A DNA stretch of 64,000 nucleotides from Okamejei kenojei (taxonomy: Eukaryota): assembly GCA_035221665.1 (NCBI GenBank), contig CM069145.1, positions 19,034,001-19,098,000 on the forward strand, read 5' to 3'. Both the position numbers and the translations under genes were made by a program. The notes under the pieces were generated by a model. That model was given only the letters and a program-made list of their open reading frames with translations. It was not told the origin of the DNA and made no database searches. This document shows positions 37,773 through 50,177 of the stretch, piece by piece; within the stretch, counting starts at the first letter, position 1; every line of letters starts with the position of its first letter.

Positions 37773-38632
37773 AAAGACACTCTTAAGATGGAGTCATATT
37801 CCCTCCTCAGCCAAAGCCAATAAATACACTTAGAGCACAGATGCTTGCAGTCAGAATCCATGTTCAGTGTTGGATATCTTTACATTTCCTCTTAATTTCA
37901 TGTGCTGGGTGTAGACAGATTTGTTAGCCGATTTGAAATAAAATCCGATATGGTTCTGAATGAGACTTCTGCACTCAAAAGCATGAAATTGTCTTCCCAA
38001 GAAAATCACTGTAAAACCAGTTCTACGTTTATTTTTACTTGATGTTGGTATTTCTCATTTATTTATAGGAAATAAGTAAAATATTCATTTGATTTCTTTG
38101 TAGGTCAGACACCAAATACTGAACGTTTAAAGTCAAATACTCTTAGATTCTTGCAACCATTAAGTGCTTGGTATGTATTTTATATTGGTAATTAACATTT
38201 CAGCAGTTTGACTAAATCAGCAAAAACAATAAAAGTGAATATTGCAGATATACAAACCATAAGCAGTAGTTTGCAAGAGAATTAACTGAACAGAAGAAGT
38301 AAAACTAAAGGGAACAGTCGCTCATCATCCTGTCCAGATGTGTTTTATTAGTGGGCTTAGAAAAGTGATTTACTTTAAAGTATAATTTTTACATTCTTTC
38401 TTGCAAAAATTATCAGAAAATCCTGGAACATATTATTCTTTTTCAATATATTTTAATGACATTAAAATTAAGACAGCTTTATTAACCGCCAGGAAAAAAA
38501 CCACTTAGCCTGTGATCTAATTAATCTAAGTAATCATTTACCGACTAAGTATTTTGTTTATTTTTCAAATAATTGTAAAACCATACTGAAAAAATCCCAA
38601 ATTGTCGAATTAACCTTCCTCTTTACTGCTTA

Positions 38633-39161
38633 TCTGTATATTACTAAAACTCTCATCTTGTTTGTTTGCGTGTGGGTTTGTCCCCGAAACTGCGTCAAAA
38701 CGGTACACAATAGCGCTACAATTTTTGGCCCACCTGACTCACCGTTGTCCTGCGATGTAAACGAGCAAGTTTCATTCAGATTGATGGTATATTTTAAATT
38801 TTTGACATTTAAAATTTTAAAAACACCACTTTTCCACTTCCCCTGCCCATCAGCCGCGTTCAACGTCACAATGGGATCCCAACAGGTCCACCCCCTGCAC
38901 AGGTGGCCCACCGCCATATTGCAATCGACTTTCACATTGCAATTTCTTTTTTGCGTGTACTTGCCTGACGTCATAACAGAGACCCAACGGCTTCACGGGT
39001 AAGTTTAATTCTACTTTACAAGTGTCTCCACGGGTCCTCTATTCACTTTATTAACTTTAACTGAATTTCAGCAGGCAATGCGGGTTCGTCAGCCGCGCTT
39101 GCGCAGTTTGGTGGAATATTGCATTGGGGAAACAGGCCCAACGGGTCCGCACTTGGTCTAG
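38633..39161 (+). mobile_element. Non-autonomous Helitron
   Basis: A|TCTGTATATTACTAAAA 5' end, GTTT microsatellite, 3' hairpin GGCCCAACGGGTC about 10 nt before CTAG|T; no TSD, A/T insertion site. Confidence 0.65.
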
Positions 39162-39339
39162 TAATATCTAAGATTGTCGGTGTTGTTATGTGCAATACTT
39201 GATCAGAACAAAGAAATGTTATTTTGCCACCTAATCTACATGCCCCCACAAAATCCAAGCTCCTGAACATTAAGATTTATATCCATACATTTCTCTGAAC
39301 GTTAAAAAATAAAAATATATATGTTGCAAACACATAATT

Positions 39340-39473
39340 GAGTCGGAAGAAGGGTCACAACCTGAAACGCCACCCAATCCTTCTCTCTAGAGATGCTGCC
39401 TGTCCTGCTGAGTTACTCCAGCATTTTGTGTCTATCTTTGGTGTAAACCAGCTTCTGCAGTTCCTTCCTACAC
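39340..39473 (+). mobile_element. Solo Penelope pLTR/hammerhead fragment
   Basis: GAGTCGGAAGAAGGGTCACAACCTGAAACGCC...CCAGCTTCTGCAGTTCCTTCC. Confidence 0.8.
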
Positions 39474-41753
39474 ATTAAAAAGATGCAATTACATGATGAC
39501 TGAATGCATTCCTGTTGATTATTATACACACTGTAAAATGTCAGTGGTTTCTGAGTTCTGCTTTTCTCTCTGCAGATGACGTCTGCCATCTCCAAACTTC
39601 CATTTGTTAATGTTGAGATGACTGTAACTTGATCAAAGAGTTTTCAGACAATTTTGTTGATGGGAATATTCTGCAAGTGGTTATGTTGTATGACTACGCT
39701 ATTTGTCACGGAAAGTCCATGTTGGAATAGATTTTTGTATCTGGCATTGTGAAAGCATTTTAAGCTGTTTCTCATAAAAGCTCAAGCAATATAACAAATT
39801 TTGCAATATTGCATGAAATCAGTAACAAACCACTTTAGTACATCTGTTATGTGAAGTGATCCTCAGCTCTATATTCTTGCTTCCTGAGAATGTAGAAATC
39901 TAGAAAATTTTGGTTTTTAAATTTGAGATTCAAATGTCACAAGGATGTACATAATAATTTCTGGCACAGCCTGAGAGCTATCCAGTTCCCAAGTACAACA
40001 TTCTCCAAGTTTAATGATATGTTGAAGATTAACATAATGAATGGTGTCAGCTGTTCAATTTATCTTTACTTAATTCACAGACAGCTCTTCTGTAGAAAAT
40101 CAAGGCAATAATCTTTACATACAGTATGCTACATAACTCAGAAAATTCACCCAGACTAAATATTTTCAGTTGAGACATACCATAGATCAAAAGCTACAGA
40201 AGGCAATGTCTCTATATTTTGGTCATTACATTTGTTTATTCAAATACATTTTGAAATATTCATTCCATTTTGGCAATTAGTCCAATGATGAAAGCTGGCA
40301 ATTCTTTCTCAATGCGCATGCTGTCCTGCCTTAATAAGGACAATACCTTTCACTGCTAAAATTCAAGTGGTGATATCCTCATCAGGACATAATAAGATTG
40401 GAAAACAATTTCAGAGAAGTGTAGTCGCTATGACAAAAAGATTCAACATATTGTACATCACAAGGCGAGAATAAATTCAGAGCCACTTACTTGTGGTCAG
40501 TAGATGGGTCAGTGCACTGAGAACAGAAACTACAAGAGGCTTATGAGGATAATGTTTACATTAAATGGGGCATTTGATTGAGTGTTAATATTTGATTGAG
40601 TGTTAATGAAGGGGAACCTCAAGGGGTGAGGGGAGGTGGTGGGGGGCGCCGAGAACGAAGTGGGACCCAACGAGGGAGGAGTGGAAAGTTACTGCTATGT
40701 GCGGCAACTGGCAGTAGACAGGACTGTTCAGTGAACTTTTGTAACTTTGTTGGCGCCAAAATGTGGCGACTCTTGTGTGCTGCCTTGGTGAGATCCGCGA
40801 CATGATTTAAAAATAGCATTCACTTCAGAAGTGAAGATAGAGGCACAGAGATTGTGAGAGAACGACATTGTCAAATGCGAAAAAAAATCACATGGAATGT
40901 AAAATAAATGTCCAATTTGCTAATGCCAATTGCTTCCTGACGGTTAACATTAATATTAAAAGTTAAAATTGATTAAATTGAACCTTGAATATTATGGATC
41001 AGCTACATCTGGATATTTCAAGTTACATATACAGCAAGTTATCATGTACATTTCTAAACACTTGCACATCATCTTCATTGGAGGGTTGGTTGAACATCTG
41101 ATAGTGATGTTGAACATCTGATGTCTGTGCCCAAAGTTCAGTGGCATAGTGCAGGGAGGCATCTATGATGATAAGTGTACACCAATATGATGGCAGGTTC
41201 CTTGCACCGCGTGGTATTTTGTGAAATTCGTCCTAGCTCCAATATTTTTCTCTACTACCTTTGTTCTAGTGATCCTGATTTCATAAGTGCGAATGGTTTG
41301 CTTATTTGCTGCTCACAACGAAAAGATGCTTCAACTGCTTCTGCCAGGAAAATAGCTTGAGAAATGAAATGCGTTGTAACATCCCAGGTCTCAACTCAAA
41401 TTAACTGGATCCTTTAGCTGAAAAGTAAGCTGAGAAATTGCTATTTGTAATGTTACTGGATGAAGATGTTAATGCATTCCATTGCAATTCCTCTGCTACT
41501 TTATCATAGACATTTAAATGATTTTACAGCTCTGCTGAAGTACTAGCCGGGGAATACCAAATTTACATACTAAATAGTTATCCGACAATAATATGTAATT
41601 TACAATTATTTATAAGCAATTCTCTTTGGTAAAACAAAGGAATGAATAATTGATGGGTGTGATTTCTATAACCAGATTGTCAATCAAGAAAATCAATTGA
41701 AAGGCAGTAGAGAGTCAACACATATTGCGAAATGGAAAAAACCTTCTGAATTG

Positions 41754-41884
41754 CTTCAGTCTGAAGAAGGGTCTCGACATGAAACTTCACCTATTCCTTC
41801 CCTCCATATATGCTGCCTCACCCGCTGAGTTTCTCCAGCATTTTTGTCTACCTTCGATTTTTCCAGCATCTGCAGTTCTTTCTT
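41754..41884 (+). mobile_element. Solo Penelope pLTR/hammerhead insertion
   Basis: CAGTCTGAAGAAGGGTCTCGAC...; 15-bp TSD AAACCTTCTGA(A/G)TTG at 41739-41753 and 41885-41899. Confidence 0.85.
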
Positions 41885-42720
41885 AAACCTTCTGAGTTGG
41901 AAGTTTATGGGTTCTGGTCAAATATGTGTTGCTCCATTGCTCCTAGAGCAGTACAGCACGGAAACAAGCCCTTTGGCCACCTTGTCCATGCCAAATAAGT
42001 TGCCGTACTGGGATGGTCACATTTGCCTGCATTTGACATATAGCCCTCTAAACCCTTCCTATTTATATGTCTGTCCAAATGTCCTTTAGAAAGTTGGCAA
42101 ATTTAAAGTCCTGCCCATGCCCCAGAGCCACTGCACAGACAGCTCTGGTGACTGGAGGCAAGGGTTATGTGCTCAGAATACTGAGATGATATTCTAGGAA
42201 CTCACTTCTGCAAAATGAAGCTGCTAACCCTGTTGCATTAAAGTAGTTTCCCAGGTTAAGCTAATGACATGTTCTCAAACAAGAGCATTTTTTAAACAGA
42301 CAAAAACTGTGGAAGAAATAAGTTGTCTCTTCTGTTGTTAAGAGAATAAGATGTGTGAGCCTAATACGAAAGTCTCCTTCACTTTCAGTAATAGGCACCA
42401 GAACTGAGATTTCTCAATCCTGCCAGGATCTCTTTGATTTTATCACTCTGCTGTATAGATGATGAAGCCTGACATCTGTAACATCAAGTGGCTATTCAGA
42501 ATGATGCTCTACGGAGATCTCAGAACAATTCCTGCCAGCTTTCTGATACTACCCTGTGGCTTTCGATGACTTTGACAGCCATTAAATTAAACACATGCTG
42601 CGTGGCCTTGGCATTGAAATGAATCATCATCTGCTTACTCATCAAAAAATTCTTATGTTAACCAGATATCATCACTTTGCCAGAAAATAATTATGACAGA
42701 CCAAACCTACTGATCTAAAT

Positions 42721-42916
42721 CTGTAGGAAGGAATCGCAGATGCTGGTTTAAACCGAAGATCAACACAAAAAGCTGGAGTAACTCAGCGGGACAGCCAGTA
42801 TCCTTGGAGAGGAGTATCTTTGGGTCTGAAGAAGGTCTCGACCCGAAACATCACCCATTCCTTCTTTCCAGAGATGCTGCCTGTCCCGCTGAGTTACTCC
42901 AGCTTTTTGTGTCTAT
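42721..42916. mobile_element. Fold-back Penelope pLTR/hammerhead insertion
   Basis: Minus + plus copies; exact 14-bp TSD CTACTGATCTAAAT at 42707-42720 and 42917-42930. Confidence 0.88.
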
Positions 42917-43269
42917 CTACTGATCTAAATATCAAGTCTGCAAATGCTGGTGTTTCTGCCCATGCTACTATGTAACAATGCTAGGAGGCATTTGGTTTAA
43001 ACCGAGATCAACACAAAAAGCTGGAGTAACTCAGCGGGACAGCTGCCTCTACTCCCATCTCTTGCTTCTGTTAAATATCTGTGATAATGACACAAGCAGA
43101 GCAGTATGTCAATATGATCAGTAATTGTTGCAAGGTATACCTATTCTGCAGGGGGCTTGTGCATGAGCACAGTAACGCACAATTATGTTTTATTGGATTC
43201 TGGTGTAGTTAATGACATCCTCAGGGCTAATTGCCATTTTTTCTCTTTCTGTTTGCAATACGAAACCAG

Positions 43270-44285
43270 GACAATTATTTCGTCAAGTATTTATTGCTGC
43301 AAGTATGGTGATATATAGGTATAATAAATCATTTCATGCTGCAGCATCACAGTTACATGGACACAGACAACACACAGAAATATAAATTATACATAAATAA
43401 TGCATATGTTTTAGATGGTAGAGAAAAGAAAAAGACAGTGCAAAAGCACGAGGCATTCATGTAAAAACACAATTAGAAAACACAACCACAGTGGTGTAAG
43501 AAGTGGTCTGCCATGTTCCATTGCTGAGATTATGGGGTTTGCAGGTTAGTTCAAGAACCTGCTGGTTGTAGGAACTGGGAGTAGGGAATGCAGTCCTTAC
43601 AGGAAGCAGGGTGGGAAGAAATGTAGTCCAGATAGCCATGGGAGTCAGTTGGTTTATAGTAGATGTTGGTCAGTAGTCTGTTACCTGCGATGGAGATAGT
43701 GAGGTCTTGAAACGGTAGGGAGATGTGAGAAATGGTCCAGGTGAAATTGAGTGCCGGATGGAAGTTAGTGGTGAAATCGATGAAGTCAGTGAGTTAGGAC
43801 CGTGAGTCATGAGGTAGCATCAATGTAGGACAGGTCATCCGAAATGTTAATAACCAGAAATTTAAAGTTGCTGAATCTCTCCAGAATGAAAACTGGAATA
43901 TGGTCTCCCAGATTCGTTTTTTCAGAAGTCAACATTAAATTCCTTGTTGGCTTCGACCCATGTGGTTGTTGTTGTTTTTCTGTGTTGTTGTTGCATCACC
44001 ACTGAACATGTTTTCCATCTCTCTCCTGTACGCTGATTCATATACACCAGTGATTTGGCCAACAACAGTGATGTCATCGGCAGAGTTGTCGATGACTTTG
44101 AAGCTGTTCATAGCCACACAGTCATGGTTGTAATGAGAGTGGAGCAAGGGGTTAGGCATGCGGTCCTGAGGTGGGCCTGTGTTGATGGTCAGTGAGGAGG
44201 AGATGTTATTTCCGAACTGCACCACTTAAGGTCTGCCAACGAGGAAGTCATGGATCCAGTTGCAAGTTGTGGATCAGGCCACATA
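43270..44285 (-). mobile_element. Rex1/Babar LINE fragments with a Penelope RT fragment inside (~43575-43800)
   Basis: INTGPPQDRMPNPLLHSHYNHDCVA...SADDITVVGQI (~TGAPQGCVLSPLL..FADD); 43575-43800 matches 33800-34020. Confidence 0.8.
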
Positions 44286-45744
44286 TGAAAATGGAGCTTT
44301 GTTTACTGAAATTAATGGACACCCAGCTGGCTCCAGACATTCTCAGGACATTTTGGGAAATGAAACATACTTTGGGGACCATAGTGAAGTGATTGACTTC
44401 CAATGGTTCCTAACTGAACCACTGCTGGTCAACTATTTGGATCTAAGCACATCTTCGGTTTAACATGCTCTTGATGAAATGTGGAAATCTGAGATGGGGA
44501 GAGGGGGGGAAGATCGGATGCCAGTGCACCTGGCATCCATCTTCACCAGTGGTCTTACCTGTGAGCACAGCAGCAGTGCCAGAGAGAAGAACTGCGTGCT
44601 GTTTGCAACCAACAGCTCAGCTTAATGCCAGCAGCATCTCCATTCATTTGAATGCCCACTTTTATGGGGAAAAAGCTAAATGCTTGCTTTAATTCACTTT
44701 AGTTCACTAAATAAATTTCAACCATTTAAAAAAAATGTTTTATTTGATGTACTTAAGTTAGAATAGTTTTAAATGATTCCCAATCACCATGAACGGTTAA
44801 AAACTGTTCAAAATCCTTTTGCAGCCTGTTCCACCACACCAATAGCTGAGGGTTATGGAAAGCAGGTAGATCTTTTGGTGTATTTGGTTCCATAGTTTTA
44901 AATGTATTAATTTACTTTTAGTGTTTTAAAGGAGTAATTTTTGAATATACTTTCCAGGTGCTTGTGAATGTAAAATGCAGTTGGTGACCTGAGTGGCAGA
45001 TGAGGGGAGATTTGGTAGGAAATTGAGTCTCTTAGAGCCTAGGTGTCCACATTTGGTAGGAGAGACCTTACACTGTACTTGGCCATGCCCATGATCTAGA
45101 TCCCAGATTCCCAATGGAAGGCTGCATCAAGGGGAATGCTGGGAAACATCATACTTCAGGGACATGTGGATGACAACCTCATAGACCGCAGAAGATTTGC
45201 TCCGTGTAACAGCTAATGAAAATATGGATGACTTTTCATCATGTACTCTGTCAGACAACTCTGAATTTATATTCAGTTACTAACATCCTGTATTCCTGTT
45301 TGTCTTAATTTAAACCCACATATTCATAATGTTCTCCTGGTTTTGCATAATGAACAGTCTAACTAGCAGTTCAAAGGATTCTCCCCCTCCATGGCCCAGA
45401 GGAAAACTGCATTGTAGAAATACATGGGCCACAATTTGCATGTGATTAATGAATGGGTGTGGAAAACAAGCTGTAAGTTGTTTTCCAATGCCATAACCAT
45501 ATAACCATATAACCATATAACAATAAATAATGCAATATTTTGTTCAAGCATGATATATGCTTTTAATTTATTTTACATTGATAAAGAAGTTAAAGAGAGC
45601 CATTATGTTAACCAGCGAGAGTGCATCTAAGAACAGCATAGATGTTAGAATATGGTAATCCTTGCTAAGCCATGGTCTACTAATTTGAAGAATTTGCCAG
45701 CCAGAATTTTCTTTATAAGACCATCATTTCTTTATGACCAATAA

Positions 45745-46108
45745 GACCGCTCCAGCGTTCCAGCGGTGGACCCTGATTCAGAGCTGTGGCGGTGTTCCAG
45801 CATTCCGGCGACGGTGGTGGTGGCAGCCCGGCTTCAGCGGCTCGGCCGCGGGCCTAGTGGACGATAACATCGGAGGCCTGGATCGCCTCAGCGCAGAGGG
45901 AGGACAAGTAGGGAAGAAGACAAAGACTTTAAGATTTTTGCCTTCCACCACAGTGAGGAGGTGCCTGGTGAACTCACTGTGGTGGATGCTAAATATGTGT
46001 TTATTGTGTGTTTTGTTTTAATTTATTATATGTTATGACTGCAAGGTAACAAAATTTCATTCAGACCGAAAGGTCTGAATGACAATAAAGGAAGCTAATC
46101 TAATCTAC
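45745..46108 (+). mobile_element. GC-rich non-autonomous retroposon (SINE-like) with LINE-type 3' stem-loop tail
   Basis: Hairpins CCACCACAGTGAG..CTCACTGTGGTGG and CATTCAGACC-GAAA-GGTCTGAATG, then ACAATAAA and (CTAAT)n. Confidence 0.55.
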
Positions 46109-46666
46109 TCTAAATGGGTAATACTGCAGCGCAGTTGAACTTCCTCTTCTTTGTGTAATGATTGTTTGTTGAACTTGAAGCCTGAAAATTCCATACCATT
46201 AGGGGCCACACATATTTTAAGGATATTTACTTTTCTAGTTTTACACCAAATTTATTTCCCATTAGTAAAGATCATAAGGTTAGAATAGGTTATGTTACAT
46301 AATTATGTATGAAACCACAAAGTGAAGAAAGTTAATAGATCTACATTAGACGTGCTCAAATTGTAAATACACTTTAAACTTTGATTGACACTAATTCTAA
46401 TTAGGTCTTCCATTAGAACCCTGAAGTGCTAGTACCCAGGTCACATGAAAATAAATTAGCAACATTTTTATGGAAGTGTGGCACTTAAGCTTGGATATTA
46501 GATTGCATACATTTTTTCAAGTACTGTCCATCACAATATTGATTTTCACTCCAATTAGATTGATTATCATGTTGGGTTGAGATCATGTCAATTCTATTTG
46601 CATGCCCGTTACTGTAGCAACATCTTGGGGCTGTAAAGCAGCCACCATACCAACATGAACTAGACC

Positions 46667-46773
46667 TTAAAGCTTCACTCAATAAGCTTTGTGGAATGGT
46701 TTCAATTAAACTTGGACCAGCAGTCCAGGTTTAATTGAAACTATTCCACAAAACCATTTGAGTGAAGCTTTAA
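46667..46773. repeat. 107-bp inverted repeat (hairpin) bounded by TTAA
   Basis: 16-bp perfect lower stem, 5x5 internal loop, 30-bp upper stem, 5-nt loop CAGCA. Confidence 0.85.
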
Positions 46774-47437
46774 AGGGCATGTCCCACTTGGCCATCATCC
46801 GCGTGTCATTTACGCGGCCTGCTAGCGTGTGGGTAGCGTGCGGGCAGCACGTGGGTAGCGCGGGACGGGCGCATGGAGTGGTGTGGAGTGACGTGGAGGA
46901 GTGTGGACTTCGTCCTGCACGAAATCTTCGCGCGCCACCGGCCTGTTGCGTAACTGACGGCCAAAGTGGGACAGGCCCAAGACACTGGCGCGTCGCAACG
47001 TCTCACCTCCAACAACAGCAGAAGCAGGCAAACGATCGCCGAGCTTGGCCTGGGGCACACGGCCGTTGCGGATCCGGATCCGCCCCCACTCCTACTCCCA
47101 AAGCGGGGCCAAGACGATTGCAGATAGACACAAAATGCTGGAGTAACTCAGCGGGACCGGCAGCATCTCTGGAGAGAAGCAATGGGTGACGTTTCGGGTC
47201 AAGACCCTTCTTCAGGCTGAAGAAGATTCTCGACCCGAAACATCATCCATTCCTTTTCTCCAGAGATGCTGCCGGTCCCGCTGAGTTACTCCTGCATTTT
47301 GTGTCTATCTTCAAATGACGTCATGCGCTCCAGACGGCTGTGCAGACGCATGATGACGCTCGCAACCGTCACGCGACCGTTGCGCGTCAGTCACTACCGG
47401 CCTGCCGGGTAAATGACGGCCAAATGGGACAGGCCCT
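46774..47437. mobile_element. PIF/Harbinger MITE carrying an internal second right end and a pLTR palindrome
   Basis: TAA TSD; TIRs AGGGCATGTCCCACTTGGCC / GGCCAAATGGGACAGGCCCT; extra right end at ~46936-46978. Confidence 0.85.
47122..47310. mobile_element. Fold-back Penelope pLTR/hammerhead palindrome
   Basis: ~90-bp arms meeting at CTTCTTCAGGCTGAAGAAG. Confidence 0.88.
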
Positions 47438-47520
47438 TAAGGTGTCTTAAGGTGTCAAAACTCCTCTTCCAACAGTATGAGACCTGAATGGTTAGCCTGT
47501 GAAATACATGTAGGGTGACT

Positions 47521-47850
47521 TTAGACTTTAGAGATTTGGACTTTAGAGATACAGCATGAGAACAGATCCTTTAGCCCACCGAGTGCGCCAACCAGCAATC
47601 ACCCCAAATACTAGGGACCTTCACCCCAAAAACACACCAGGGACAATTTACAATTTTTTACCGAAGCCAATTAACCTACAAACCTGTACATCTTTGGAGT
47701 GTGGGATGAAACCGGAACAACCGAGGAAAGCCTACATGGTCACAGGAAGAACGTACAAATTTGGTACAGATTGCACCCTTAGTCAGGATCGAACCGGGGT
47801 CTCTGGCACTGTAAAGTAGCAACTCTACCACTGCGCCATTAAGCCACCCT
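47521..47850 (-). mobile_element. HE1-type V-SINE
   Basis: Antisense A box TGGCGCAGTGG and B box GGTTCGATCC, V-domain, tail. Confidence 0.9.
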
Positions 47851-50177
47851 GATGCAACAGCCACCAAAACCCACAGGGTATATTACAACTACGGGGGATT
47901 TTTTTCCCATCAATTAGTTTGCGGACAACTTTATTAATGGATGCCTCAGTACCATTTTTGCTGGTGGGCATCCATTGCAGAAACCACTCAGTTATTGGAA
48001 CACATGTGGGCAATGAGCAAATACATGCCTGTCTGTAAAGAACTGATTCCCATAGAGCCTTCAGACATGGTAACTGGACCTGTCTGAAGAGTAATATATT
48101 CACAGGCTCAGGACTTCAAAGTCTAACAGAACAGAGCAATATGACATTGTATGACCTTCAGACATACTGTTATGCTTGGATTTATCTGTCGTTTTAGTAG
48201 TGACTCAATTCCCTGACCATTGTATCATTTGACATACCATATGGCGGATTTGGGCCATATTTTTAAATTTGCTGCACAATTGTCATGGAGCTGTCACCCA
48301 GCATCTCTACTCATGAAGGAAGAGCCTCATCTTTTTATGGTGTAATTGAAGAAACAGTTGCTCTGCGATTTGTCAACATGGCTGACATGCTGAATGTAAA
48401 CAGGCATTAAGGGACTCATCTTCCATTAAGGCCTTAGATTACAAATGCAGGCCTTTTCATCAATGGATGCTCTTCATAAGGAGAGTAGAAATATGTAGTT
48501 TGTAAAGCAGAGCATGTGACTCTCTCCATGATCACACCATGACCAGCAGCAAGCTCACCTGTGAGCAGGCAGAAGAGATGACCTGATGCGTAATGTTACT
48601 TCATATGCTTCTGTGTGAGTTGGTCCCTGCTCCAATACTGAAATAGCCTGCCACTGTGTTTCTGCAGCTCTTGATGAATGGAAGTTAATTTAAAGAACTC
48701 TGACCTCTGTACAGGGAATCTCCACTCTGAAGGTCTAAACAATGTTCAAATGCTGAAATATATTGGCCCATTGTTCAATATTGATGCTGGCTACTCACCA
48801 TTACATGTTATGCAGTTAAGAATGATGCACATTATTATGTATTGAGCAATTTGACATGCAATGGGTGGAAGAAATTGTAACCATTTCGTGCATGAGAACT
48901 ACGGTCAATCAACAATTAAAAAAAAACCTTTGTACCAATTGACTATTTCAAGTTATGCAATGGGAAAGAACCTGTAAGTGATAGTGACAGACGCTGTACG
49001 TTCTACTCAGCTCACAATTTGATGTGATCAATGTAGGATCGCATGTAATAATGTTTGAGTACCACTTTCTCATCTCTCCTTTCATCTTTAAATCTCCATG
49101 TAGCAGCTGTGGCATCAATGAAACTTTTTCCAGTTACGTGCTCTGCTGTGGTGCCACGAACATTTTGATGGTAAAGTGTCATCCAATGTCCAGTAGCAAA
49201 CAGGATTTTCCTCAAGTATTCACATTATATTAGCAGCCTTTCTTAGTGAGGCATCATGTGACATGTTGCAATGGGAGTTGTTACCATAATGTGCCTGATT
49301 GTGTGTCTCTGCACGTGGAGCAACTTCTTTAGTGGTATCTTGTTCCTAGTGACCTAAGGCAACTTTTTTTGGCATTGCTTCATTTTGGACTCTTCTCAAT
49401 AGAGAAAACTATTTGAGCGATCCCTTTCCAGGTTATTCCTGCTCTCCCAGGGAAACCTCCAGGTTCTCTTAAAACTCAGGGTCTTCCTTGTAGCATTTAT
49501 CTTACCTATGAACATTTCTTTGACCCACTATGCCAATCTGGGAACTAATTTCCTTTCTCCTCTATCTTTCCCCTGCAGTCTCCCTCTCCTTAGTGTGTGT
49601 TGCTGAGGGCTATCAACAGCGGGATTGCTGAGGTCTGTCTTTCGGAGCTGTAACTCTTCTCTCATGGGTGCCCAGTAAATTTATAACACCAGCCCCAAAA
49701 TTAATATAGTTTCACCAAGAACTTAACAAGTTGCTTTTGAACTCTTGTGTAAAAAATACTCTAATGCTGCTGCAAACTAGTTTTATGATTTTTATGTGAG
49801 GGTGTCATGGAGCCCTGTAGTACAGAAAGAGGCCGAAACATCATCCACCTTTTTTCACCAGAGATGCTGCTTGACCCGCTGAGTTACATCATTACTCTGT
49901 GTCTACCTTTGGCCCAACATGCCCATGCTGACCATCTCCAAGGTACCTCTTTAAACCTTTCATACCATATGTGTCCAAACGTCTTTTAATTTAGTGCATC
50001 AAAATTCAGAGTCCCATCATTGATCGCATCAAAAATAGGTGCAATGGCATTTCTAGGATGTTGTGTTTAAAATACAGATTTGCAGGAAAATTACTGGAGA
50101 TTTGCTGGAGAAATTGATTTTCAAAATAGTTATTTCTACATGTTCCAAAATATGTATATCAAGAAAGCAGTCTTCAA

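Noticed and set aside
40509-41015. Partial matches to miR-148 (TCAGTGCACT), miR-1 (TGGAATGTAAA) and miR-222 (AGCTACATCTGG)
   Set aside because: Matches stop after 10-12 nt and there is no precursor hairpin.
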